DNA from: Tagaea sp.
GTDB lineage: Bacteria; Pseudomonadota; Alphaproteobacteria; CACIAM-22H2
Assembly: GCA_965279525.1 (NCBI GenBank)
Contig: CBDIIB010000005.1
Location: 832,001 to 896,000 of the forward strand
Direction of reading: 5' to 3'
Length of the DNA stretch: 64,000 bases
The translations under genes were made by a program, and so were the position numbers. Each line of letters starts with the position of its first letter. Position 1 is the stretch's first letter. This document shows positions 29,435-37,748 of this stretch, piece by piece. The notes under the pieces are model-generated. The model was not told where the DNA came from, ran no database searches, and worked only from the letters and a program-made list of their open reading frames with translations.

Positions 29435-30718
29435 CTACTCCTTCTTCGACGAAGCCGAGGCACCAGTATCGGCCAGCGCTGCATCGGGATCGATGTCCCA
29501 GAGCAGACGCTCCGCCCACGACGCATGGTCGGGGACGCCCTTCTGCGCGTGCCGCGTCGTGCTGGGGTCGTGCACGTGGGGATAGATCTGATGCGAAGCC
29601 GCGATCGCGTTGAACTCGTTCTCGTCGATTCCGAGATAGGGCAGCAGGATGTCGAGGCTGGCCGGGCGCTGCGCATCGTAGTGGATCATCGCCTCGGCTT
29701 CGTCACGGGTCATTTCGCCGCGGCGCACATCGAGATTGGCGCGCTGCACGGTCCGCGAATAGCCGCGCTTCATGTAGCGCAGATAATCGCGGGTACCCTG
29801 CAGGAAGCATTCGACTTTCTCGTAATGGTACTTGGGATGGAGATTTTCGACTTCCGCTTCTTCCCATCCCAGTTCGCGCTTGATGATCTCGACTTGGGGG
29901 CCTGCGTTCCATTTCGTGTAGTCGCCGAGATGGATCGATTCGACACCGAGGTCGCGCATCTTCTCCCACGGCGGCAGCCGAAATGGTTCGAGGTCGCGCA
30001 GATTGACGTCAACAAATCCCGCCATGTCCTCGGCGTTGATGCCGAGATTGATCTGGCGATTGAACCAGCGCTCGTCGGGAGGGGTTTTTGTCTTGTAGTT
30101 GTAGTACCCGCCGCTGTACTCGCTGCCGGGCTCGCCCCAGATGATCAGGGGCACCTGGTACTGCAGCGCCGCCTTGAAGGGCGTCGCGACCACGCCGGTG
30201 TGGCAGAACCAGCAGAAATCGCCGCGCCGCTTCAGGCTTTCCAGCATCGTCTTCTTGATCGCATTCTGGCCCGCGCGATAGGTCATGTGATCGCAGCCGA
30301 GCCGACGCACGATGTTTTCGATGTTCTGCAGATGCAGTGGGCGGCGGAAATTCGAATCGAAAGTGACAAGCAGGATTTTGAGCTTGAGTTTCACGACGCA
30401 GACATACGCCGTCCAGGCACTGTCTTTGCCGCCGCTGAACGGCACGATCGCATCGTAAAGATACTTGCCGCGATGGCGGGCGAGGATTTCCTCGAGTTCG
30501 GCCTCTCGCGCGGCCCAGTCGATCTCTTCGTCGCGGGCGCCCGCGACTTGGCAAAGATTGCAAACGCCGTGCGCATCGAACGTGATGGTCTGTTCGGTTT
30601 CCGGCATTAGGCATTTGGTGCAGCGGCGCAGGGGGCCGGAACGGCCACCGCGGGCCGCGGAGCGTTTTGCGACGGCATCCATAGGCTCGAATGCGATGGG
30701 TGACGTACGACGGGTCAC
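29435..30718 (-). CDS. N-acetyl sugar amidotransferase (WbuX/PseA-like, acetamidino formation)
   Basis: CTKCLMP, CNLC, PP-loop PFSGGKDS, FCWFCH, IIWGE, YLRYMKRGY, DVRRGEMTRDEA; GTG start preceded by GAAGGG. Confidence 0.87.
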   Translation of the reverse strand: MTRRTSPIAFEPMDAVAKRSAARGGRSGPLRRCTKCLMPETEQTITFDAHGVCNLCQVAGARDEEIDWAAREAELEEILARHRGKYLYDAIVPFSGGKDSAWTAYVCVVKLKLKILLVTFDSNFRRPLHLQNIENIVRRLGCDHMTYRAGQNAIKKTMLESLKRRGDFCWFCHTGVVATPFKAALQYQVPLIIWGEPGSEYSGGYYNYKTKTPPDERWFNRQINLGINAEDMAGFVDVNLRDLEPFRLPPWEKMRDLGVESIHLGDYTKWNAGPQVEIIKRELGWEEAEVENLHPKYHYEKVECFLQGTRDYLRYMKRGYSRTVQRANLDVRRGEMTRDEAEAMIHYDAQRPASLDILLPYLGIDENEFNAIAASHQIYPHVHDPSTTRHAQKGVPDHASWAERLLWDIDPDAALADTGASASSKKE

Positions 30719-30737
30719 GTGGATATCCCTTCGGCGT

Positions 30738-31562
30738 TCAGAGGTTGACGGTGCGGACCTGGCCGGCATCGTCGATGAACGACAGATGCCCGGCCTTCTT
30801 TGCGGTGCGCGACCAGTATTCCGCTTCAACGTGCAGATTGTGCCCGACAAGGTCGGGATTGGCATTCAGATACGCGACGACTTCGGCGTGGGATGCCGGG
30901 CGGCCGGGCTTTTCGAGCGCTTCGAAAATTTTCGCGAAGACCTCGAAGTCAGCCGGGTAGTCGAGCGTGAGTCGGGCCGTGTTCTGGATGTGCTGGGGGC
31001 CAAGCGGACCGATCGTGACGTGGTTGCAAAGGCCCGACTTCGTGAAGAAATAGATGAAGCCCGTGTCGTTCTGCTCGGTGCGGTACTGTGCAAAGACCTT
31101 GTCCATCGCGCGCCGCGTGAAGCTCTTGACGGCAGTTCCGAGCGGCAGGCCATCGCACGTCACGATGTCGATCGCAGGATCCGACAGCAGGCGATCCATG
31201 CTGGCGTCCATATATTCGGTCGCACTTAGCGGATCGTCGCCGTCAACCTGGACGACCGCTTCGAAACCGTGCGCCACCATCGCGTCGCGAAAGCGGCGGA
31301 TAATGTCGTCACGCGAGCCGCGGAAGACGCGCGCGCCATACGCCTCCACGGCCGTCGCAAGGCCGTCGTCGCCAGGATCTTCCGTCGTGCAAACGACCGT
31401 GCGCTCCGGCGCCAGATAGCGGCACGCGAAGACGCGGTCGAGAAGATAGTGGACGATCGGCTTCCCCCTGACCTGCATCAGCGCCTTGCCGGGAAGACGC
31501 TCGGAAGACATGCGGATCGGAATGAGTGCCCCCAGACGGGGCGCGTTCGCGGTTCCGGTCAT
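30738..31562 (-). CDS. SpsF-type cytidylyltransferase
   Basis: IPIRMSSERLPGKAL, FRGSRDDIIRRF, VDGDDPL, LPLG, RLTLDYPAD. Confidence 0.85.
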   Translation of the reverse strand: MTGTANAPRLGALIPIRMSSERLPGKALMQVRGKPIVHYLLDRVFACRYLAPERTVVCTTEDPGDDGLATAVEAYGARVFRGSRDDIIRRFRDAMVAHGFEAVVQVDGDDPLSATEYMDASMDRLLSDPAIDIVTCDGLPLGTAVKSFTRRAMDKVFAQYRTEQNDTGFIYFFTKSGLCNHVTIGPLGPQHIQNTARLTLDYPADFEVFAKIFEALEKPGRPASHAEVVAYLNANPDLVGHNLHVEAEYWSRTAKKAGHLSFIDDAGQVRTVNL

Positions 31563-32758
31563 GCGAAATACGCGATCGCTTTGCGCAGTGCTTCGACCTG
31601 CACCGAGGCCTCCTCTTTGCTGCCATAGTTGTTCACGAACTGCATGATCTTGGGCTGAATCGCCTCGGCATTCGGGCAAAGACCTTTCGCCGGGTACTCG
31701 ATCGGCCCGTAGAGCGGCGGACAGCGCCGCTTCCACTCGCCGGAAGCGAACAACGTCTCGTGATACAGCAGCGACCACGCCGCGTAGATGCCGTCGCCGC
31801 CGAAGTCGATATGCTTGAAACGGAAGTCCTGCCACGACACGTCGGTGCGCTCGTAGCGCATGGCAACCGTCCAAAACGAGCTGCCGTAGCCGTCGGGGAC
31901 TTTCTGAGGCACGAGATAGTCGCAGTCGCGCACCGCGTCGAGATACATCTGCGAGATGCTGTTGCGCAAGGCGATGAAGTGCTCCAGGCGCTCGGTCTGG
32001 GCAAGGCCGACCGCTGCCGCGACCTCGGGCATGCGGTAGTTGTATCCGAACGCATCGTGTCGCCGGTAATTCGGGTTCTGGAAAATATCCTTGTTCGACC
32101 GGATGCGCCCGTCCGTGGCCTTGAGGGCCGCATAGCCGAGGCTGCCGAACTTGCGCATGCGCGCCGCATAGTCAGCGTTGTTGGTGACGATGATGCCGCC
32201 GTCGCCGGTGGTGATGTGCTTGGAGTTCTCGAGCGAATAGCTCGTGATGTCGGCCAGGGCCGCGATCGGCTGCCCCTTGTAGGTCGTGCCGAAGGCTTGA
32301 GCCGCGTCGTTGATTACTGCCAGATTGTGCTTGGCAGCAAGCGCGTTGATCGCGTCGAGATCGCAGCTCAGCCCGTAAAGCGAAATCGGCATGATCGCCT
32401 TGGTGCGCGGCGTGATGCGGCGCGCGATGTCTGCCGGATCGATGTTGAAAGTGCCCGGATCGACGTCGGCAAACACCGGGATCGCGTTCTGCGCCAGAAT
32501 GACGTCGAGATTCGAGATCACGGTCAACGGCGAGGTAATGACTTCGTCACCGTAGCCAACGCCGACCGCGTCGAGCCCGGCATGCAGCGTCGAGGTGCCG
32601 GAATTGAACGTGATCGCGTACTTGGAGCCGACCGCACGCGCGAAAGCCTCCTCGAACCTGTTATTCATGGATCCGGACGTGCCCGAGCCGAGGCCCGAAT
32701 CAAGCACTTCGCGGACATACTGCAGCTCTTGGCTGCCAAATCGCCAGGTGTTCTTCAC
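31559..32758 (-). CDS. DegT/DnrJ/EryC1/StrS aminotransferase
   Basis: NSGTSTLHAGL, GDEVI, INDAAQA, SLENSKHITTGDGG, GYNYRMPEVAAA. Confidence 0.9.
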   Translation of the reverse strand: MKNTWRFGSQELQYVREVLDSGLGSGTSGSMNNRFEEAFARAVGSKYAITFNSGTSTLHAGLDAVGVGYGDEVITSPLTVISNLDVILAQNAIPVFADVDPGTFNIDPADIARRITPRTKAIMPISLYGLSCDLDAINALAAKHNLAVINDAAQAFGTTYKGQPIAALADITSYSLENSKHITTGDGGIIVTNNADYAARMRKFGSLGYAALKATDGRIRSNKDIFQNPNYRRHDAFGYNYRMPEVAAAVGLAQTERLEHFIALRNSISQMYLDAVRDCDYLVPQKVPDGYGSSFWTVAMRYERTDVSWQDFRFKHIDFGGDGIYAAWSLLYHETLFASGEWKRRCPPLYGPIEYPAKGLCPNAEAIQPKIMQFVNNYGSKEEASVQVEALRKAIAYFA

Positions 32759-33366
32759 GTTTGCCCTCGAACATTGCGGTGGAGCGATCGAAATTCGTCG
32801 CGAAATACGCCGAACAGCAGATGGTCGCAATAGCCGTCGTCGACGGCATCTTGGCGGCGCAGCACCGCCTCGCGGCGGAAACCCAGATTCTCGAACAGCC
32901 GGACGACCGCCGGGTTAATCGCCATGGCGCCGGCCGTGAGTTTGCGCAGGCCGACCCGTTCGAACAGGTGCTCGCACAGCGTCGAGACGGCATCGCCGCC
33001 GAGCCCGCGGCCCCAGCGGTCGCGGCGCCCGATCATGATCCCGATATCCGCAGTTCCTGCGTGCCAGGAAACGTGGCCAGCCTTGGCCGTGCCGACGAAC
33101 GCGCCGTCCGCCAGATCGTGGATCGCGAGATAAAGGTCGTTCGGAGACGCCATGAGTCCTTCGCAGTAGACGCGGAGCGTTTCGAACGCGACGCCCCCGC
33201 GATACGCGGGAAGATTGAGCGTTCGCACGACAGCCGGATCGTTGAGCCAGGACGCGTAGTCGGGCGCTTCGAGATGGCGGCGGGTAAAGCGCACGCAGCG
33301 CACGCGGCTGCCTGCGAGTTCAAGACCATCGTCGCCGAGCCGCAACGCGGTCAAATCGCCGTCCAC
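32755..33366 (-). CDS. GNAT (RimJ-like) N-acetyltransferase
   Basis: YASWLNDP, ADIGIMIGRRDRWGRGLG, LRKLTAGAMAIN, FENLGF; start is GTG 33366 or TTG 33354. Confidence 0.82.
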   Translation of the reverse strand: MDGDLTALRLGDDGLELAGSRVRCVRFTRRHLEAPDYASWLNDPAVVRTLNLPAYRGGVAFETLRVYCEGLMASPNDLYLAIHDLADGAFVGTAKAGHVSWHAGTADIGIMIGRRDRWGRGLGGDAVSTLCEHLFERVGLRKLTAGAMAINPAVVRLFENLGFRREAVLRRQDAVDDGYCDHLLFGVFRDEFRSLHRNVRGQT

Positions 33367-34112
33367 CCGCCGTCGATCGGCAGCAGCGCCCCGGTCACAT
33401 AGGACGCGGCGGCACTGCATAGAAAAGCCACGGGTGGCCCGATTTCCTCGGCCCGAGCCATGCGTCCGAGCGCGGTGCGGCGCGAGTAGGCGGCGACGAA
33501 ACGTTCATCTTGGCCCGCCGCCACGCCGCCCGGTGCCACGACATTGACCCGGACATTGTCGCGGCCGTAGTGCGCCGCAAGATAGCGCGTATGTGCGATC
33601 AGCCCACCCTTGATCGCGGCGTAGGCCGCCGGGGTCGTCATCGTGGTTCCTTCGTAGATCGCGAAATCCGGCGCCACCATGCCGTAGATCGAAGCGACGT
33701 TGACGATCGCCCCGCCGCCGCGTCGCGCGAGGACCCCTGCGGCTCGCTCGGATGCGCGGCAGACAGCCGTCAACTGCATTTCGAGATTGCGTCGCCAGCT
33801 TTCGGTGCTGTCGCCGACTCCGTGCCGACCCCAATCCGCCGTGCGCGGGTAGGCCGCATTGACCCAAGCGGCAAAGCCGTGCGCCGCGTCGATGCGGTCG
33901 ACGAGTTCGGCCACATTGTCCGGATCGGAGACGTCGGCTGCGACCGGCGTCACGTGTTCGCGCGATACGACAGGCAGCTGCCTGTCGACTGAGACGACAC
34001 GCGCCCCGCAGGCGACCAAAGCCGCAACCGCAGCCGCGCCGATGCGGCCGTCTCCGCCCGTGACGACGACGGTCGAACCGTCGAGCCGAAAGGGATGGGA
34101 CGCGTATGTCAT
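33351..34112 (-). CDS. SDR oxidoreductase, PtmA-like
   Basis: VTGGDGRIG, WVNAAYPRTADWG, NVASIYG, YAAIKGG, RVNVVAPGG, IDGGW. Confidence 0.85.
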   Translation of the reverse strand: MTYASHPFRLDGSTVVVTGGDGRIGAAAVAALVACGARVVSVDRQLPVVSREHVTPVAADVSDPDNVAELVDRIDAAHGFAAWVNAAYPRTADWGRHGVGDSTESWRRNLEMQLTAVCRASERAAGVLARRGGGAIVNVASIYGMVAPDFAIYEGTTMTTPAAYAAIKGGLIAHTRYLAAHYGRDNVRVNVVAPGGVAAGQDERFVAAYSRRTALGRMARAEEIGPPVAFLCSAAASYVTGALLPIDGGWTAI

Positions 34113-34130
34113 GCAGAGGGCCGCCCTGCC

Positions 34131-34159
34131 TTGCAATCGCACTGCATCGCGTGTACACG
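34131..34159 (+). promoter_or_regulatory. Candidate sigma70 promoter of legB
   Basis: TTGCAA-N17-TACACG, followed by a purine-rich SD (GGAAGGA) before ATG 34190. Confidence 0.4.
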
Positions 34160-34189
34160 GCTGCTCGATAGGCCCGGAAGGAAGGAACG

Positions 34190-35215
34190 ATGGACACCCC
34201 CCATAAGCGAATCGACTATCGCCAAATGGCTGCACTGGTGACCGGTGCCGACGGCTTCATCGGCTCGCATCTCGTCGAAGCGCTGGTGCGCGAGGGCGCG
34301 CGCGTGACGGCCGTGGCACAGTACAATTCGTTCGGCACCAACGGCTGGCTCGACTCGCTGGCTGCCGACGTTCTCGCGAACGTCGAGATCCATCGCGCCG
34401 ACATACGCGACCGAACCCACATGGTCGAACTCAGCCGCGGCAAACAAGTCATTTTCCACCTGGCTGCGCTGATTAGCGTACCCTACTCGTTCCATTCCGC
34501 GCAGAGTTTCGTCGAGACGAACGTACTCGGCACGCTTAACATGCTCGAAGCGGCGCGCGCCAACGGCGTTGCGCGCATCGTCTGTACGTCCACGTCCGAA
34601 GTCTACGGCACGGCCCAGACCGTGCCGATTGGCGAAACCCATCGACTTCACGCGCAGTCGCCCTACGCCGCCAGCAAGATCGGTGCCGACATGCTGGCGC
34701 AATCCTTCGCGCTCACACATGGCCTGCAGGTCGTTCTGCTGCGGCCCTTCAACACGTTCGGTCCGCGCCAGAGCGAACGCGCGGTCATCGCCAGCGTCAT
34801 TCGCCAGGCGATCGATCCCAATTGCAGCGAAATTCGCGTCGGCAGCCTCGTGCCGCGCCGCGACTTCAACTATGTCGGCGACATTGCCGACGCGTTCCTG
34901 GCGGCGGGCAAGGCCGACATCGCAACGGGCGATGCCTACAATGTAGGAACGGGCGATGCGATCAGCATCGGTGAGCTTTGCACGCGCGTGCTGTCCTTCA
35001 CTGGTACCAACAAAAGCGTCGTGCAGGAAGACACGCGCCTTCGCCCCGACACGGCCGAGGTGTTCGAATTGGTCGCCGACGCCGCGCGTTTTCGCAATGC
35101 GAGCGGTTGGGCGCCGAAAACGGATTTCGATCAGGGACTGCAAAACACCATTGCCTGGTGGCGGGAACGGTTGACGGCGGGCGGCTTTCGCCGCTCGCGC
35201 GACTATGTCGTCTGA
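34190..35215 (+). CDS. legB: NAD-dependent 4,6-dehydratase, LegB family
   Basis: LVTGADGFIGSHLVE, QYNSFGTNGWLDSL, HLAALISVPYS, TSTSEVYGTAQTVPI, SPYAASKIGAD, RPFNTFGPRQSERAVI. Confidence 0.9.
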   Translation: MDTPHKRIDYRQMAALVTGADGFIGSHLVEALVREGARVTAVAQYNSFGTNGWLDSLAADVLANVEIHRADIRDRTHMVELSRGKQVIFHLAALISVPYSFHSAQSFVETNVLGTLNMLEAARANGVARIVCTSTSEVYGTAQTVPIGETHRLHAQSPYAASKIGADMLAQSFALTHGLQVVLLRPFNTFGPRQSERAVIASVIRQAIDPNCSEIRVGSLVPRRDFNYVGDIADAFLAAGKADIATGDAYNVGTGDAISIGELCTRVLSFTGTNKSVVQEDTRLRPDTAEVFELVADAARFRNASGWAPKTDFDQGLQNTIAWWRERLTAGGFRRSRDYVV

Positions 35216-36327
35216 AGTGCTGCCGTCAGGGCTGCGACGACACGATCTTGGTCGGCCTGCGACAGATAGGGGTGCATCGGCAGGCTCAGCACTTCGCCCG
35301 CCAGCGCGTCGCTGACCGGCAGGCCGTTGTTGGCCACGGGGAAACGCGCATAGGCGGTCTGCCGATGCATGGGCTTCGCGTAGTAGATGGCGGTCGGGAT
35401 GCCTGCCTTCTTGAGCTTGGCGGCGACCGCGTTGCGCCGGCCGCCACCGATGCGGATCGTGTACTGCGCCCAAACGCTCGTGAGTCCCTGGGGCACGCGC
35501 GGCACGATGCAGTGTTCTTCGAGCGCGTCGGAATAGCGCTGGGCGATTCGGTTTCGTGCTTCGATCTCGCCCGGAAACAGCTTCAACTTCTCGATCAGCA
35601 CGGCCGCTTGAATCGTGTCCATGCGCCCGTTCATGCCGATCCGCACATTGTCGTACTTGTCCACACCCTGCCCGTGCACGCGTAGCGATACGAGCGTCTC
35701 GCGAAGAGCATCGTCGTCGAAGAAAATCGCCCCGCCGTCGCCGTAGCAGCCGAGCGGCTTGGCCGGAAAGAACGAAGTTGCCGCAATGCGGCCGATCGAA
35801 CCGGTCTTGCGGCCCTTGTAGCTTCCACCGTAGCCCTGTGCCGTATCGGCCAGTATCCACAGATTGTGGGCGGCACAGATTGGCTCGATCGAATCGTAGT
35901 CGGCCGGCAGGCCGAACAGATCGACCGGGATCACGCCGACCGGCTCGAGCCCTAGCCGCTTGGCCGTGGTAATGCCGGCTTCGAGGCTCCTCGGGTCCAT
36001 GTTGAAAGTGTCGGGCAGGCAGTCGACGAAAATCGGCGTCGCGCCTAACCACACCACCACCTCGCCGGTCGCGGCGAAGGTGAACGAGGGCACAAGTACC
36101 GCGTGGCGCGGTTTCACGTCGAAGGCCATAAGCGCCAAGGCGAGCGCATCCGTGCCGTTGGCAACCGTGAGTGCGTGCTTGGCGCCGCAGTAGGCCGCAA
36201 GCTGCGACTCCAGCGTGGCGATCTCGGGACCCATAATGTACTGGCCGCTGCGCACGACCTTGAGAACGGCCTCTTCCAGTTCAGCGCCGAGATGCGCGCG
36301 CTGGGCCTGCAGGTCGATAAATTGCAT
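35203..36327 (-). CDS. DegT-family aminotransferase, WbpE-like
   Basis: MQFIDLQAQ, GQYIMGPEI, ANGTDALALAL, PVDLFGLPAD, TSFFPAKPLGCYGDGG, NGRMDTIQAAVL, LSLPMHPYL. Confidence 0.88.
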   Translation of the reverse strand: MQFIDLQAQRAHLGAELEEAVLKVVRSGQYIMGPEIATLESQLAAYCGAKHALTVANGTDALALALMAFDVKPRHAVLVPSFTFAATGEVVVWLGATPIFVDCLPDTFNMDPRSLEAGITTAKRLGLEPVGVIPVDLFGLPADYDSIEPICAAHNLWILADTAQGYGGSYKGRKTGSIGRIAATSFFPAKPLGCYGDGGAIFFDDDALRETLVSLRVHGQGVDKYDNVRIGMNGRMDTIQAAVLIEKLKLFPGEIEARNRIAQRYSDALEEHCIVPRVPQGLTSVWAQYTIRIGGGRRNAVAAKLKKAGIPTAIYYAKPMHRQTAYARFPVANNGLPVSDALAGEVLSLPMHPYLSQADQDRVVAALTAALQTT

Positions 36328-36364
36328 GCATGTTCTTCCTTGAAGAGCCGCGCCCGAATACTGC

Positions 36365-36376
36365 CATGCTACCGCA
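36365..36376 (-). promoter_or_regulatory. ops-like (RfaH-recruiting) element
   Basis: Minus strand reads TGCGGTAGCATG, against consensus GGCGGTAGnnTG (only the first base differs); intergenic, just after the RfaH-like gene and 37 nt before the next start. Confidence 0.6.
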
Positions 36377-36437
36377 GCCCGGGTGACAGCGCTGCCGCCC
36401 GGCGATCAAAAGACAGGCCCGCTACGTCCGGCGCCTC

Positions 36438-36941
36438 CTAAACGGCGACCACCGCGCGGCTGGGCAGACGCACGCGTACTTCTCGACCCAGAAGATCGAG
36501 CAGCACCACCACGCGCTCAGCGTCCGCCAAGCCCTGAAACTTGCCGACGAGATCGGCAAACGGCCCGGCGAGCACGCGAATACCGGCTCCGACCGTGAAC
36601 TTGCGCGCCGGCTCCAGCGACTCGTCGAACATCCGCTCGGATTCGCCGCGCTGCAGGCCTTCGATCACGCGCGTCGGCACCGGCAGCGGCGTATCTCCGA
36701 TGCGCACAAGGCCGCTAACACCGAACGTGCCGAGGATGGGGCGCCAGCGGTCCACCGCCGGATCAAAGCGCACGAACAGGTAGCGCGGAAACAATGGCCG
36801 CTCGACGAGTTCGACGCGCCGCGCATGGCTGCGGCGACGGCGATAGAGCGGCAGATAGGTTTCGTAGCCCTGGCGGCGCAGGTTGCTCGCAGCCCGCTGC
36901 TCGGCCAGCGGCTGGCAATGCACAGCGTACCAAGCGCTCAT
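36438..36941 (-). CDS. rfaH: RfaH-like NusG paralogue (transcription antiterminator)
   Basis: WYAVHCQP..EQRAASNLRRQGYETYLP, PLFPRYLFVRF, TFGVSGLV, KOW region VLAGPFADLVG, VVVLLDLLGR; ATGA overlap with the upstream regulator. Confidence 0.85.
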   Translation of the reverse strand: MSAWYAVHCQPLAEQRAASNLRRQGYETYLPLYRRRRSHARRVELVERPLFPRYLFVRFDPAVDRWRPILGTFGVSGLVRIGDTPLPVPTRVIEGLQRGESERMFDESLEPARKFTVGAGIRVLAGPFADLVGKFQGLADAERVVVLLDLLGREVRVRLPSRAVVAV

Positions 36942-37621
36942 GCCGCATTCTCCGAGCTGTGGCTCACGGCATCGTCGCTTGCGGGCGTTCGCAAGCGAAG
37001 TAAGGCGGGCCCGACCACGCGCGACGCATCGAGTCCGAGAGCGGCGGAATCTTCGAGCGCTTGCAGATACGCTCTTTGCGGATCGCGCATGTCGCACAGC
37101 ACGACTGCGTCGGGCACGCGCCCCAACGCGCGCAGGTCGCCGGCCACATTCAGGCCGACATGCAACTGCCCGGCCTGTGCGGCATCGACCAAACCGACGA
37201 TCTCGACCGACGCCTCGCGCGCCGACAGCAGAGCCGCCTCGGCAAGTTCCGAGGCACCGACTAGGACGATGCGCGTCAGGCCGCGCGCGGCGAAGCCGAC
37301 AAAAATCGCGTGGTACTGGCGGCGCGCATCGCGGAACAGATCGAACGACACACGCAGATACTCGGCCGTCAGCCGCGCTTTTTCGCTGAAGCCAGTCGGC
37401 GTCAGGTAATAGGCATACCGGTTCAAGGGTGCCGTCGAGATCTTTATCAGCCCCTTGCGCACGCACCGTTTCAGGACAGCGTTGGCAAGGCCCAACGCGA
37501 CGCCCAACTGGCTCGACATGGAGCGCTGGGTAACCCGCGAATTGCGCTCAACAGCCGACAAAACGCCCAACAGCAAGGCGGTCGATTCACGCTCGATTTT
37601 GGGGGTGGCAGGTTCGCTCAT
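36938..37621 (-). CDS. Winged-helix (MarR-EPS-associated type) transcriptional regulator with C-terminal Rossmann-like domain
   Basis: VTQRSMSSQLGVALGLANAVLKRCVRKGLIK, RYAYYLTPTGFSEKARLT, IVLVGASELAE. Confidence 0.85.
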   Translation of the reverse strand: MSEPATPKIERESTALLLGVLSAVERNSRVTQRSMSSQLGVALGLANAVLKRCVRKGLIKISTAPLNRYAYYLTPTGFSEKARLTAEYLRVSFDLFRDARRQYHAIFVGFAARGLTRIVLVGASELAEAALLSAREASVEIVGLVDAAQAGQLHVGLNVAGDLRALGRVPDAVVLCDMRDPQRAYLQALEDSAALGLDASRVVGPALLRLRTPASDDAVSHSSENAA

Positions 37622-37630
37622 TGGGTCGTC

Positions 37631-37660
37631 ACTATATCGCGTTCAAAGCCTGAACGTCAA
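37631..37660 (-). promoter_or_regulatory. sigma70-like promoter of the wHTH-rfaH operon
   Basis: Minus strand TTGACG-N18-TATAGT, ending 9 nt before the regulator ATG (near-leaderless). Confidence 0.6.
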
Positions 37661-37748
37661 CGCCGTTCAAAAATTGAACATCTTTGTTTTTCAATTACTT
37701 AAAAATCACTCGGGTGAACTTTACTATACCTCTGTTCACAAAATGAAC
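37641..37748. repeat. Three GTTCA-N5-TGAAC inverted-repeat boxes (candidate operators)
   Basis: 37641-37655 GTTCAaagccTGAAC; 37665-37679 GTTCAaaaatTGAAC; 37734-37748 GTTCAcaaaaTGAAC, all within the AT-rich divergent intergenic region. Confidence 0.8.

Noticed and set aside
34113-35215. legB as a recombinase-invertible segment
   Set aside because: No flanking inverted repeats or recombinase gene were seen, and its 3' end overlaps the neighbouring gene.
37641-37748. GTTC/GAAC motifs as alphaproteobacterial LexA boxes
   Set aside because: That LexA box is a direct repeat (GTTC-N7-GTTC), whereas these are inverted (GTTC-N7-GAAC).
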